DNA of 64,000 bases from IMG/VR virus record IMGVR_UViG_3300028840_002104, positions 1 through 64,000 of that record; one strand, written 5' to 3'. Each line of letters opens with the position of its first letter. Position 1 is the first letter of the stretch. The notes beneath the pieces were generated by a model. It saw only the letters and a program-made list of their open reading frames with translations, did not search any database and was not told the origin of the DNA. Shown piece by piece: positions 1 to 10,003 of this stretch. The DNA comes from a virus. A program made the translations under genes and the position numbers.

Positions 1-1328
1 ACATCATAACGGGAGAGACAAGAGTCTTTGGTGGAGAAAGACAGCTTCCAGACAAGGTAGGATTTAGAGCTGTAGGAAGTTCCGCGACTCTGCGGGTGAT
101 GCAAGGCCCTTTCGTTAGTGGAGCCTCTGCCGGAAGCGCGGGGGCAGATGCGTCCATACCTGCTCGTGTTGTTACTCTGGAGTCAGTTACTGCTGCTCAG
201 CAGGGAGAAATCAACGCTCTTGAGGGCAGAGTTGCTGTTAATGAAGGAGATATCGCTAGTCAAGACTCTAGAATAACGGTAGTAGAGAACAGGTTCTTGG
301 ATACTCCTACTACCTACTACTTCTCTCCTGCGGGAAGTGACTCTACAGGGGATGGTTCTTCAGGCAATCCTTGGCGTAGTTTCCGAAAAGGTTTTGATGA
401 GGTTCTTGTAGGATCTACCATTGTGGGTTGTGACATTACCTTTGAGTTTGCCGATGGTAGCTATGATGTCAATCCCATGCCTGCTATCTCTGCTTGGATC
501 TTTCCTTTTGGGTATCTTGGCGTGGGTACTACCTACGTTGCCCCCTTTGGAATAAAGTCCCAGGACGGAGGTAAGTTAAAACTGGTGTCTGAAAACCCTC
601 AAGGCGCTTCAGTAGGAACACTGCTGGCTGCGGCTTGTGACTATGTTGTATTTGATGGTTGGGACGCTAATACGGTCTCTGTAGGTTCCTGTGACACTAT
701 TGAGATCTTCGATGTGTGCGTTTGCAGGAATAGGTCAGAAGGGTGGCCTGGCATCCCTACGCCAAGGTTTTGGATACAAGAAACAGGGGCTGTAGGCATA
801 GATGGCTGCTACGCTAACGGCGGATCTGCTGGCATAGCCGTAGGCTCTAACTCTGTGGCTATGATCTCAGGTAGTGTACTTCATTCCAACACCAACGGGA
901 TTTACTGCGTAGATGGTGGTATAGCCTCTGTAGATACCACGGATACCCTAAGCGGAAACCAGATAGATATCCAGAGCATCTCCCATTTGGGCGGCGGTAT
1001 ACACAGAGTTACCCTGACGGGCGGAACCTTTTCAGCAACTGAGGTCAATAGGACCTTCTACGTCAAGATAACCGACGTTACTACCCCCGCTGAGGAGTAT
1101 AACGGTACTTGGCCTGTGGATGCCATGACCACAACTACTGTAGATATTGATACAGGATTCACAAATCCAACAAGTTCAGGGACAGAGGGCAAAGTAGTTG
1201 TCTCAAATGACCAGACTGGTGCCAATGTCAGCTATCTTGGCCTTTTGGCTACTGTAGGCGGTAATTGGAACATCTATGGCGCAACCGATCAGTTCACCAG
1301 CAATGGCGGAGTGATTCACCCGTATTAA
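1..1328 (+). CDS. Beta-helix (pectin-lyase-like) virion spike/fibre protein, 5'-truncated by window edge
   Basis: Frame is open from position 3; coiled segment followed by YYFSPAGSDSTGDGSSGNPWRSF (typical start of right-handed beta-helix domains); G/S/N/D-rich repeats. Confidence 0.55.
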   Translation, partial: IITGETRVFGGERQLPDKVGFRAVGSSATLRVMQGPFVSGASAGSAGADASIPARVVTLESVTAAQQGEINALEGRVAVNEGDIASQDSRITVVENRFLDTPTTYYFSPAGSDSTGDGSSGNPWRSFRKGFDEVLVGSTIVGCDITFEFADGSYDVNPMPAISAWIFPFGYLGVGTTYVAPFGIKSQDGGKLKLVSENPQGASVGTLLAAACDYVVFDGWDANTVSVGSCDTIEIFDVCVCRNRSEGWPGIPTPRFWIQETGAVGIDGCYANGGSAGIAVGSNSVAMISGSVLHSNTNGIYCVDGGIASVDTTDTLSGNQIDIQSISHLGGGIHRVTLTGGTFSATEVNRTFYVKITDVTTPAEEYNGTWPVDAMTTTTVDIDTGFTNPTSSGTEGKVVVSNDQTGANVSYLGLLATVGGNWNIYGATDQFTSNGGVIHPY

Positions 1329-1337
1329 GGAGGAAAC

Positions 1338-2558
1338 ATGGAACTAGCAAAGGTTGCTTCAGCCGTTCTGCTTTCTTCTCCAGAAAGTACGGACGATGTT
1401 TGGGTATTTCCTCCTACAGAGGAGAAGGTAACCAGAAGTGGTGCAGCAGGTGACTGGAAAGTCACGAGTGATTCAGGAGAGGTAATGTACCTCACTGACG
1501 CTGAGTGGCTGGATATGCGTCTTTCTGAGGCCCTTATCACGTGGGATCTCACTCTCTATGTCGCCACAACAGGTGATGATGAGTCAGGAGACGGCACTTC
1601 AGCAAATCCCTACCAGTCACCAAACAAGGCAATTGAGGTGGTCACAGGAAAGATTATCTCCAATTGTACGGTTACGATTGAGCTAGCAGACGGAACCTAC
1701 AACACCAATCAGCAGCTAGCAGAACTAGACGTCTATCAGTATGGTCATGTTTCCATTCCTACTTTCATGCTTGTGGATGGAATCAAGACACAGGGATCAG
1801 GTATTCTTAAGATCCAGGCGGAAAATGAGCATGGGGCAACTATTGCACGAGCAAATGCCCTTACAGTAGCTATTCTGAGATCTTCAGGAGTAACCATAGA
1901 CGGCATCAAGATCACTGACGTAGCCAACACAGGCGGAGGAGTAATCCTCTTTCAATCTTCCGAAATTCAGGTCCTCAATAGCCACATTACGGAAGCAGGT
2001 TTTTCAAACAACGGAGCCTGTGTCTATTGCATTGAGGCGGCCAATGTTTTGGTCAAGGGATGCTATCTTTCTGGGTGTGCTGTTGGGGTCTATCAGACAG
2101 GCAATTCCAAAGGCAGTATAGAAGACTGTGAGATCCACGGATGTCTTCGTGCCGTGCACCCAAGGCACTCGTCTTATGCCACGGTCGAATCAGATAATAC
2201 TTCGGGAACTCAGAGAGGCGTGGAAACCATAGAAGATCAAGGAGGTGATGTCTGGAGGGTAACTGTTTCCTCGCCGCCACTGACTCAAGATGAGAAGGAC
2301 TTTTCAGCCTGGGTAAAACTGCTTGACTGTGAAGGTGCTGATGATGGTGTCTACGATGTGACAGGAACAGGCGACGACTACTTTGAAATAGAGGGTGGTG
2401 GTCAAGTGTCCGCTTACGGGTATCCTTCAGGAGATGCCAGAGTCAGTAATCGAGACTTCGGTGTTTATGCAAGTCGAGCCTCTTCAGCTTCCACGGGAAG
2501 TCACACTTTGGTCGGGGAAGCTGATGAAGGTACAGGTTCAGGAGGATACATTGAGTGA
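1338..2558 (+). CDS. Beta-helix virion spike/fibre protein, paralog of upstream gene
   Basis: AGGAGG RBS; LYVATTGDDESGDGTSANPYQS and TIELADGTY motifs; collinear similarity with 1..1328. Confidence 0.6.
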   Translation: MELAKVASAVLLSSPESTDDVWVFPPTEEKVTRSGAAGDWKVTSDSGEVMYLTDAEWLDMRLSEALITWDLTLYVATTGDDESGDGTSANPYQSPNKAIEVVTGKIISNCTVTIELADGTYNTNQQLAELDVYQYGHVSIPTFMLVDGIKTQGSGILKIQAENEHGATIARANALTVAILRSSGVTIDGIKITDVANTGGGVILFQSSEIQVLNSHITEAGFSNNGACVYCIEAANVLVKGCYLSGCAVGVYQTGNSKGSIEDCEIHGCLRAVHPRHSSYATVESDNTSGTQRGVETIEDQGGDVWRVTVSSPPLTQDEKDFSAWVKLLDCEGADDGVYDVTGTGDDYFEIEGGGQVSAYGYPSGDARVSNRDFGVYASRASSASTGSHTLVGEADEGTGSGGYIE

Positions 2559-2856
2559 CTTTCGTTGGTTGGCTGATGCAGGTTCCGCAGGTCTTGTAGT
2601 AATTGCTCTGATTGTAATCTTGAGATGGGTTAGATCCCTCCAGGAAGATATGAAAGAAGCTATGAAGCTTATGGCCAAAGCTGTGGACAAGAACTCAGTC
2701 TCAGTAGTCACTCTTGGGCAGTCGATTGTTGGTTTGGTTACTATTTTGGCCCAGAAGCCCTGTGTTTCGGAAGATCTTCAGGGTCAGGCTACCGCATTGA
2801 TTGAAAAGCTCAAAGAGGCGCAGGAAAACATCATTAGCCAGGGAAATGGATCGTGA
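2551..2856 (+). CDS. Holin-like single-TM membrane protein
   Basis: GGAGGA RBS before TTG 2551; TM segment AGLVVIALIVILRWV followed by coiled coil. Confidence 0.4.
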   Translation: MSDFRWLADAGSAGLVVIALIVILRWVRSLQEDMKEAMKLMAKAVDKNSVSVVTLGQSIVGLVTILAQKPCVSEDLQGQATALIEKLKEAQENIISQGNGS

Positions 2857-3131
2857 GTCCGCCTCTTAAAACTGCCAGGAAGAAGGCTACTAAGAAAGAG
2901 AAGAGCAAGGTACGCAGTTCAAACATTGCGGAGCTTGTTGAGAGCGGGCGACCACAGAAACAGGCTGTGGCCATTGCCTTTTCTCACGAGCGCCAAGTAG
3001 CTAAAAAGAGGAGAAAACAAACCATGGCAAGGAAAAAATCAAGACGTCGTAATTGTGCGAGTAAGCCCAAAGGCATGAGAGGTAAGAAGGTCATTCGGAA
3101 GAAGCTGACCGGTCGCGCCAAGGGATTCTAG
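2853..3131 (+). CDS. Small very basic phage protein upstream of terminase
   Basis: K/R-rich; SSNIAELVESGRPQKQAVAIAFS motif common in phage packaging regions. Confidence 0.45.
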   Translation: MSPPLKTARKKATKKEKSKVRSSNIAELVESGRPQKQAVAIAFSHERQVAKKRRKQTMARKKSRRRNCASKPKGMRGKKVIRKKLTGRAKGF

Positions 3132-4807
3132 TGGTAGGTTCTGTAGCAGTAAATCCCGTAAAGAGGAAACAGATAAGGAAAACGACGTCCAAAGTTGACG
3201 TTGAATTCCTTGCGGAAACCTGTACGCGGGAAAATAGCATTATTGAGGTTCCCACCAAGGTCTTGGTGGCTTTCATTGTGGAGCTTGCTCAGTTCCTCTC
3301 TGAGAAGGAGTTCTATTCGTACCAGCTCCTTCCCTGCATGAGGATGATTGAGTCAGTTCTGAACCACGATGCGGCCACTATCACTGGTCTTTTCTCGCGC
3401 CAGAGCGGAAAGACTGAGATGGTGGCTGGAACTATGGCCTCCTGTGCTATTGCTCTACCTTTCTTAGCCAACCATCCCCTGTTCGAGGGAGACTGGCGTC
3501 TCAACATGACGGATGAGCGGGGAAGGTATAGAGGCTACAAAAATGGAGTAAAGATTGGTATCTATGCTCCTAAGAGAGACCAGGCAAGGCTTCAGTTTGA
3601 GCGGCTAGTCAGGGATTTGAGTACTGACACAGCAACTCAAGTGCTCGAAGAGCTTGGTCTGGAGTTTACTGCCAAGAACAGAGGCTTTGTAAGGCTTACG
3701 AATGGCTCTGAGATCATAGCAAGCTCTGCCTCGGATACTTCCCATGTGGAGGGCTCTACTCACCACATTTTGGTCATGGAAGAGGCTCAAGACATCAGTC
3801 AAAGGAAGATCCTGAAGAGCTTGAGGCCGATGATTGCTGCCACCAAGGGAAGTACCGTCATGATCGGAACCGCCACGACAAAGAAAGGCGAGTTCTACCA
3901 TTCAATTAGACGGAACCTCCATGCTTACGCCACGGGTGACAGGAGAGACAACTTCTGCGTTCCTTGGAGAGTGGCCGCCAAAGAAAACTCCTTGTATCGA
4001 GAGTATGTGACCGAGCAGATCCGACAGTACGGAGAAGACTCAGACGAAATTCGGATGTCCTACGGCTGCGAGTGGATACTTGAAAGAGGGATGTTTGTCA
4101 CTCCTGCTCAGTTGATGAACCCCTTTGTGGCTCTTACGGAAGGCCCTTATTCTTTCTTCCACTTTGGAAGCAAAAACAAAGACCAGTGCGCGGGAATTGA
4201 CTTTGGAAAAGGTCAAAGTTCTACTGTCATAACAGTCGTGGAGGTTGATTGGACAGAGCCTGACTTTGACCAGTTTGTTATGACCCCTGACGGAGAAGTT
4301 CACTATGTTTCCTACAAGAAGCACGTGATAAACTGGTATGAGATCCACGGCGACAACTGGGAAAGACAGTTTGCCCTCATTCTGGAGTTTCTCTTCCAGT
4401 TTCCGAATATGTCCAAGATCACTTTGGATCGAACAGGTCTTGGAGAAGTCCTCTGTGACCGCTTCATCGCAACTGTGGGAGAAGAGATTGAGGTTGAAGG
4501 GATCGCTTTCAGTAGACCTATGAAATCAGACGGCTACAAGAACTATTCCTTTGATCTCATGGGAGGAAGGTGGACCTTTCCTGCCAATCCCGCTATTCGG
4601 CATGAGATGAGCTGGAAGAGGTTCGTGAAGCAAATGCTGGACCTCCAGAAGACCTATGTAGGGAATTTGATGGTTTGCGAGAAGCCGGACGAAAAAGGCG
4701 CATTGGATGACTTTCCTGACAGTGGAATGCTGTCAAACATATCAGGAAATCGACCGGCAAGATCAACTGACGTAGAAGTTACTGACAACGTGTTTTTTAT
4801 GTCATAG
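3131..4807 (+). CDS. terL: Terminase large subunit
   Basis: Walker A FSRQSGKT, Walker B LVMEEAQD, RNase H-like nuclease motifs GIDFGK / LDRTGLG / DDFPDS. Confidence 0.93.
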   Translation: MVGSVAVNPVKRKQIRKTTSKVDVEFLAETCTRENSIIEVPTKVLVAFIVELAQFLSEKEFYSYQLLPCMRMIESVLNHDAATITGLFSRQSGKTEMVAGTMASCAIALPFLANHPLFEGDWRLNMTDERGRYRGYKNGVKIGIYAPKRDQARLQFERLVRDLSTDTATQVLEELGLEFTAKNRGFVRLTNGSEIIASSASDTSHVEGSTHHILVMEEAQDISQRKILKSLRPMIAATKGSTVMIGTATTKKGEFYHSIRRNLHAYATGDRRDNFCVPWRVAAKENSLYREYVTEQIRQYGEDSDEIRMSYGCEWILERGMFVTPAQLMNPFVALTEGPYSFFHFGSKNKDQCAGIDFGKGQSSTVITVVEVDWTEPDFDQFVMTPDGEVHYVSYKKHVINWYEIHGDNWERQFALILEFLFQFPNMSKITLDRTGLGEVLCDRFIATVGEEIEVEGIAFSRPMKSDGYKNYSFDLMGGRWTFPANPAIRHEMSWKRFVKQMLDLQKTYVGNLMVCEKPDEKGALDDFPDSGMLSNISGNRPARSTDVEVTDNVFFMS

Positions 4808-4819
4808 ACGGAGGCTCTG

Positions 4820-6532
4820 ATGGCCTTATCTGCTTATCGGCGTGTTACCGACTTCATGGGCCTTACGGACAAGTACTTGGACGCTGCTCTCTTTGGTTCA
4901 TCTATTCTAGATGTAAGCCGTATGCAGTCGGATGAGTGGCAAGAGATGGCAGTCCAGAGACTCGATCGCTACCGAGAGAACTGGATGTTCTACAAGGGAG
5001 ATCAATTTGTCCAGTACATGGCCGATGGCGAGAGAAAATCTGTACTAAACTACTGTCGGAAAGTAGCTGACAAGAGCACAGATTGGCTCTTTGCTACGCC
5101 TTTTGAGGTTGTATCGCCTCCAGGGAACGAGGCTGCTTCCCTCATGGTGGAGTCAGTCTTCAGAGCAAACAGAATGGCCCTGCAAGCCTACTACGGCGGA
5201 CAAATGGGCGCGGTGACAGGTGACTGCTTCTTTCAGGTCACGCTGAATACCCATGAGATAGACGCATACTCAGGAGAAAGAATTCAAATTCCATTCGATC
5301 AGTGGCAGATCAGAATAAGGAGACTTGACTCCTCTCACGTTTTTCCAGTTTTCAGTTCCGACGACCCGCATAGAATGGAAGCCTGTTTGATCCAGTATCC
5401 CATCAGCGCGTCAGCACCTATAGTGTCAAGAATCGACCCAAGAGCTGCGGAGGCCAAGAGCCGGAGGGCTCTCTATAGCATCTTCATCACTCCCACTGAA
5501 GTTCGGGAGTTCATCAATCATGAAGAAACCGATTGGTCTCCTTTCCCCAACCTTCTGGGAGAGATTGGTGTGGTTCACATCCAAAATCTCGCGTTGGCGA
5601 AAAGCAGCTTTGGCTTCAGTGACTTAGACGGCATCAAGGAACTCTGTGAGGACCTGAATACTGTCGTCTCAAACATCAGGCAAATCATAGACAATCACGC
5701 AAATCCGATTACTATCCTTTATGGAGCAAGAGTAGGTCAGTTAGTCAGAGGACCGAACAAGCTCTGGGGACTTCCTGAAAAGGCAAGGGTTGAAATCTTG
5801 AAGCTTGAAGGGGAGCTTACGGCTGCTGTAGCCTTCACGGATATGTTGAAGGACGAGATATCGGTTCACAGTGATACTCCACGCTCTGCCCTTCAGACCC
5901 CTCCGAGCGTGGGGAACACAACCAAGGCAGCTATTGACATGGTTTTCTTGCCTCTGACTGAAAAGACGCTTCGCAAGCACTTGACCTATGGAGACGGCCT
6001 TGCTAGGCTAGGAGGTATAGTACTTAGAGCCCTTGAACGGATCTTTCTCCTCGATTTAAGGAGCTACGTTGCTTATCCACAAAGGCGATACGACCTCAAG
6101 ATCAAGTTCGGATCTCCGATACCGGAGAACGAAATCGAGAAGCTTGAAGTCACTCGCCAGAAGCTGGAACTTGGCCTTGAGTCCAAGTACAGCTCTCTTG
6201 TGAACTTAGGCGTAGAAGACGTGAGGAAAAAGATCGTTGAAATACTTGCGGATGAAAGAGAGAAACTAGTAGTTGACGCAGAGAGAGGAAAAGCGGCACA
6301 AGGCATGATACCCAATTTGAGAGCCTTGTCGCTTGGTAGTTTGGCTATTGGTGGAGATCTAGTTGAGATCTTCGAGGCGGACGATGAGATTTTTGAGCAG
6401 ACTGCCCAGATTGCTAAGGACCTGCAAGATAGCCTCACACAGCTTCAGGTTGCACAGCAACAGGAACAGATGATGGCTGAGCAGGCCGAGATGGAAGAAA
6501 TGGAAGGCATGGTAGAAGATTCGTCCACGTGA
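4820..6532 (+). CDS. Portal protein (SPP1 gp6-like)
   Basis: Follows terL; 570 aa; NYCRKVAD, VVHIQN..FGFSDL, helical acidic C-terminus typical of portals. Confidence 0.85.
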   Translation: MALSAYRRVTDFMGLTDKYLDAALFGSSILDVSRMQSDEWQEMAVQRLDRYRENWMFYKGDQFVQYMADGERKSVLNYCRKVADKSTDWLFATPFEVVSPPGNEAASLMVESVFRANRMALQAYYGGQMGAVTGDCFFQVTLNTHEIDAYSGERIQIPFDQWQIRIRRLDSSHVFPVFSSDDPHRMEACLIQYPISASAPIVSRIDPRAAEAKSRRALYSIFITPTEVREFINHEETDWSPFPNLLGEIGVVHIQNLALAKSSFGFSDLDGIKELCEDLNTVVSNIRQIIDNHANPITILYGARVGQLVRGPNKLWGLPEKARVEILKLEGELTAAVAFTDMLKDEISVHSDTPRSALQTPPSVGNTTKAAIDMVFLPLTEKTLRKHLTYGDGLARLGGIVLRALERIFLLDLRSYVAYPQRRYDLKIKFGSPIPENEIEKLEVTRQKLELGLESKYSSLVNLGVEDVRKKIVEILADEREKLVVDAERGKAAQGMIPNLRALSLGSLAIGGDLVEIFEADDEIFEQTAQIAKDLQDSLTQLQVAQQQEQMMAEQAEMEEMEGMVEDSST

Positions 6533-6547
6533 ACAAAGGAGGAAAGC

Positions 6548-6796
6548 ATGGCTCCTCTTAAGCAGAATCTTGGATATCTGCCAGAGAGAAATGCATCTCT
6601 CGGTCGTCCCTTCAATGGCGGGACAAAGAAAGATCAGAAGATGACTTCTGGAGGCAAGCAGGATCTCAAGAGAGGTTCTACGTTCAACCGCCTCAGTAGT
6701 GCCAATCAGCCCGCCGCGAAGGGCGGTGTTTGGCGGAACAACAAGCCGATTCCGCAGAGGAAAGAGGGTTTTTCTGGCGCTGACAGCCGATATTAG
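6548..6796 (+). CDS. Hypothetical basic protein
   Basis: AAGGAGG RBS, in head operon. Confidence 0.5.
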   Translation: MAPLKQNLGYLPERNASLGRPFNGGTKKDQKMTSGGKQDLKRGSTFNRLSSANQPAAKGGVWRNNKPIPQRKEGFSGADSRY

Positions 6797-6851
6797 GCTT
6801 CAGCATTAACTATGGCGGACCTCGAATTGCAGAGAATTGAAGGAGGATGGA

Positions 6852-7721
6852 ATGGCAGGCGAAAAGGTCCAGGACGGAACGAAAGAAGAGAAGAAGACAG
6901 AAGGGCAGTCTAAGGATGGTATTGAGACTCCTAAGTCTCAGGAAGGCGACGAAGAAGAAATTCAGGTTCGCATTCCCGACGATGTTAAGGAGATCCTGAA
7001 GAAAGCCAAGGAGGATGCTCGTCTCGAAGAGAGGCAGAAACTCGGCGGACAATTAAAGTCTGCTGAAGAGCTGTCTCAGGAGAAGCTGAAAGAGAACAAA
7101 ACCTTGCAAGAGAAGCTCGAATTGTTGGAACGACAGGTGCAAGAACGCGAAACTGCTTTGGCTGAGTTTCAAAAGCAGGCCGAAGCAGATGAAGGAAGCA
7201 AGAAGAAGGTTTCCGAAGATGAGATGAATGCCGTCATCGAAAGTAAAGCGGAAGCTCTTCTCAAGCAGGTTGAGGCTGCCATGGTTGAAAAGGACAAGGT
7301 AGCCCAGACTCAGATAGAGCAGCTCCAGGAACAGCTCAGACAGAAAGAGCTGAAAGAGTACAGAGACGCGCTGATTGCAAAGGCTAATGGCCAAATCATC
7401 CCTGAGCTAGTTGCGGGAAACAGCGTAGAGGAGCTTGATGCTTCTTTTCTTGTTGCCCGTGAGAGGTATCAGGGAATTGCAGAGAGTTTGGCTGGCAATG
7501 TTGGGAATCAGCTTGCAGGTTCGGGAGCAGGTGCTCCTCCTGCGGCTGGTCCTGGCATAGAAGCTGCTGGTTCAGCCCCTCCAGGCACAAGTCAGGAATC
7601 TCAGTTAGTCCGGAAGGTTGCTCAGATGACTAATGAGGAGTTCAACGCCAATAGAGATGCTCTCAAGGCAGAACTTGAGCATCTATTTCCAAGGGGACTC
7701 CCCGGGGCTCCCTTGACCTAG
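6852..7721 (+). CDS. Capsid scaffolding protein
   Basis: E/K/Q-rich coiled coil with flexible G/P/A linker immediately before MCP; AGGAGG RBS. Confidence 0.75.
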   Translation: MAGEKVQDGTKEEKKTEGQSKDGIETPKSQEGDEEEIQVRIPDDVKEILKKAKEDARLEERQKLGGQLKSAEELSQEKLKENKTLQEKLELLERQVQERETALAEFQKQAEADEGSKKKVSEDEMNAVIESKAEALLKQVEAAMVEKDKVAQTQIEQLQEQLRQKELKEYRDALIAKANGQIIPELVAGNSVEELDASFLVARERYQGIAESLAGNVGNQLAGSGAGAPPAAGPGIEAAGSAPPGTSQESQLVRKVAQMTNEEFNANRDALKAELEHLFPRGLPGAPLT

Positions 7722-7756
7722 TTTGGCTGTTGTACTCCTAAAAGGAGTAACATCAG

Positions 7757-8743
7757 ATGCCTAATTACACGACTTCACTGAGCGCAACAGGCGGATCTCC
7801 TACAGCGGTTCCTCTTCCAGAGGCCGTTATGACGGTCTATTCCAGGGAGATTCTCTGGACAGCTCTTCCGCTGCTCATGTTTGAGCAGATCGTAGAGAGA
7901 AAGGAAGAGCTTGGGGCCATTCCTGGGCAGGAAATTGTTTTCACGAAGTATGCTTCCCTCGCTCGTGGTGGGCAGCTTGTAGAGAACACTCCTATGGAGA
8001 CCCAGAACTTGGCAGCGAGTCAGATCACTCTGACTGTCTACGAACATGGCAACGCTGTCAGTGTCCAGGAAGCTCTCTTGAGAGCGTCCTGGATGAATGT
8101 CCTCAACGACACCGCCCGTCTCCTTGGCATGGATTATGCCACCTACCGCGACGAGATGATCCGAGACGAACTTCTCGGAAGTGCAAATGTTCTCTTCGCG
8201 GCTGGCAGGAGTGCCCGAACACAGCTCACCTCTGGGGATGTCTTTGACACTCGGATGGTGAAGGATGCGACCGAGCTTCTGGCTAACAACAAGACCCCGA
8301 AGTTCACGCAGTTCGGACCTCTTCCCGCCTACATCTGCTTTGTCTCGCCTCACCAGGCAAGAGGCATTCGGGATGACAAGAACTGGATCAACGCGCAGAA
8401 TTATGGCCCGAACGATAACATTTTGCGCGGCGAAATAGGCAAGTATGAGGATGTTCGATTTATCGAAACAACTCAGATCACCTATATCCAGCAGAACACA
8501 GGCAAGATCTACAGCGACAATGCGGATAGCGGCAACGTGGCAGGGACCTACAGTGCCAATGCTGATGTCCATCAGGCCCTCATTGTCGGAGACCATGCGA
8601 TTGGCCTTGGAACTTCTCTTGATGCAGAGCTGAGAGACGACGGAGTTCATGACTTCGGTAGGGAGCATAAGCTTGGTTGGTACGGTATCTGGGGAGTCAA
8701 GAGAATTGAAGAGGGTCATTCCGCAGTTCTGGAGACCGCCTAA
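7757..8743 (+). CDS. Major capsid protein (N4-gp56-like, HK97 fold)
   Basis: YEHGNAVSV, GEIGKYEDVRFIET, DFGREHKLGWYGIWG motifs; position after scaffold. Confidence 0.88.
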   Translation: MPNYTTSLSATGGSPTAVPLPEAVMTVYSREILWTALPLLMFEQIVERKEELGAIPGQEIVFTKYASLARGGQLVENTPMETQNLAASQITLTVYEHGNAVSVQEALLRASWMNVLNDTARLLGMDYATYRDEMIRDELLGSANVLFAAGRSARTQLTSGDVFDTRMVKDATELLANNKTPKFTQFGPLPAYICFVSPHQARGIRDDKNWINAQNYGPNDNILRGEIGKYEDVRFIETTQITYIQQNTGKIYSDNADSGNVAGTYSANADVHQALIVGDHAIGLGTSLDAELRDDGVHDFGREHKLGWYGIWGVKRIEEGHSAVLETA

Positions 8744-8789
8744 ACAAGGACTTTGAACGCAACCTTGGTTGCTATGGAGGTTTCTAGAA

Positions 8790-9608
8790 ATGGATCATTG
8801 GAATGCACACGGGGCGCTTCCAGTAGGCCCTTCGGCAGCGGATTTGCATCCTGAGCTGAAGACCATGCTGGAATCTGCCTATAAGACAACGCCTGCTACC
8901 CCGTCTGCGGGAGCTGCTTGCGCGGCTGCTGTGGCGGATAGTGGGAATTCTGAAACGTTCGATCTTTCCTCGTTGACGGCGGGCACTCTCACCGTTCAGT
9001 TTTCGGTTGATGGTGGGATAGTCTACATTCCCATTATTGTTGACGTAACAGTCACAGCAACGGCGAATAGTAGAGCAGATGCGGCTTTGGCAGCGGATAT
9101 CGTTGCGGATCTCAACGGGAATACGATGTTTAGCTTGTACCTTGAGGCTTCTGACAACAGTGGTGCTGTCAGGATAACGTCAAAGGCTATCGGAAGCGAC
9201 GTGAAGATCTATGTCGTGGACGAAGAAGCCAACACGCCTCTTGGGTACACTGAGATCTCTGACGCCACTGCTGCGGCTGGTACAGGAACTCCGATTGATA
9301 TCGAAGCTGACTGTGCCGACTGTGCTGGTCAGGTAGCTGCTTTCAGGAGAGTCACGGTTGCCGTCTATGACGCTGCTTCTGCTGGCGCTCTTGTGTCAAC
9401 TGCCCAGATTCAGGCCGTATCAAAGGGACGTCTCGTGTCGGGAGGATACACCAACCTGGCAGAGATTGAGTCAGACGAGAACGGAGAGGTCGATTTCCAG
9501 GTGGCGGATACTGGTTCCAACACTGACTACCTTGAGATGTCCGGTCCTGCGGAACTCTTCTTGGTCGGTTTGGCAGTGGGTGACAGAACCACTTTGACCT
9601 TCGCCTAA
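8790..9608 (+). CDS. Putative capsid decoration/virion structural protein
   Basis: A/T/G/S-rich beta protein directly after MCP; GGAGG RBS. Confidence 0.5.
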   Translation: MDHWNAHGALPVGPSAADLHPELKTMLESAYKTTPATPSAGAACAAAVADSGNSETFDLSSLTAGTLTVQFSVDGGIVYIPIIVDVTVTATANSRADAALAADIVADLNGNTMFSLYLEASDNSGAVRITSKAIGSDVKIYVVDEEANTPLGYTEISDATAAAGTGTPIDIEADCADCAGQVAAFRRVTVAVYDAASAGALVSTAQIQAVSKGRLVSGGYTNLAEIESDENGEVDFQVADTGSNTDYLEMSGPAELFLVGLAVGDRTTLTFA

Positions 9609-9625
9609 ACTAAAGGAGGAAATGC

Positions 9626-10003
9626 GTGCCTAGCAAGAGAGAGGACCAAGTGAAAGTGAATGCAGTGGAAGAGCTACAGGCTCCTCCGGCTCCTGCTGTG
9701 GAAACTACTAGTGAGGTTCCACCTCCAGTTGCTGGAGAGTCTGCGGTCAACATGGCTGGCATGGTTACGGTCCAGATTGATCCTAAACAGGTAGCGGTTC
9801 CGATGAGTGCTCAGAGAGGACAGCTTCAACTCAATGATTTGGTGGCTGTGCGTACTCTAAAGACAATCGAGCCTCCCCCTGTCATTGGAAAGTTCAACTT
9901 CCGAAAGGAGTTTGAATTCTTCCTTGAAGGAAAGATCTATCTCGTACCTGCTGGTGTTGCTGCAATTCTCCGGGAGAAAGGCGTGGCGTTTGGAGGCAGG
10001 TAA
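9626..10003 (+). CDS. Hypothetical virion-associated protein
   Basis: AAGGAGG RBS, in head-neck operon. Confidence 0.45.
   Translation: MPSKREDQVKVNAVEELQAPPAPAVETTSEVPPPVAGESAVNMAGMVTVQIDPKQVAVPMSAQRGQLQLNDLVAVRTLKTIEPPPVIGKFNFRKEFEFFLEGKIYLVPAGVAAILREKGVAFGGR

Noticed and set aside
7775-8719. Long minus-strand ORFs (also 12601..13578, 40311..40931, 58554..59195 and others)
   Set aside because: Antisense shadows of well-supported + strand genes with no motifs or RBS
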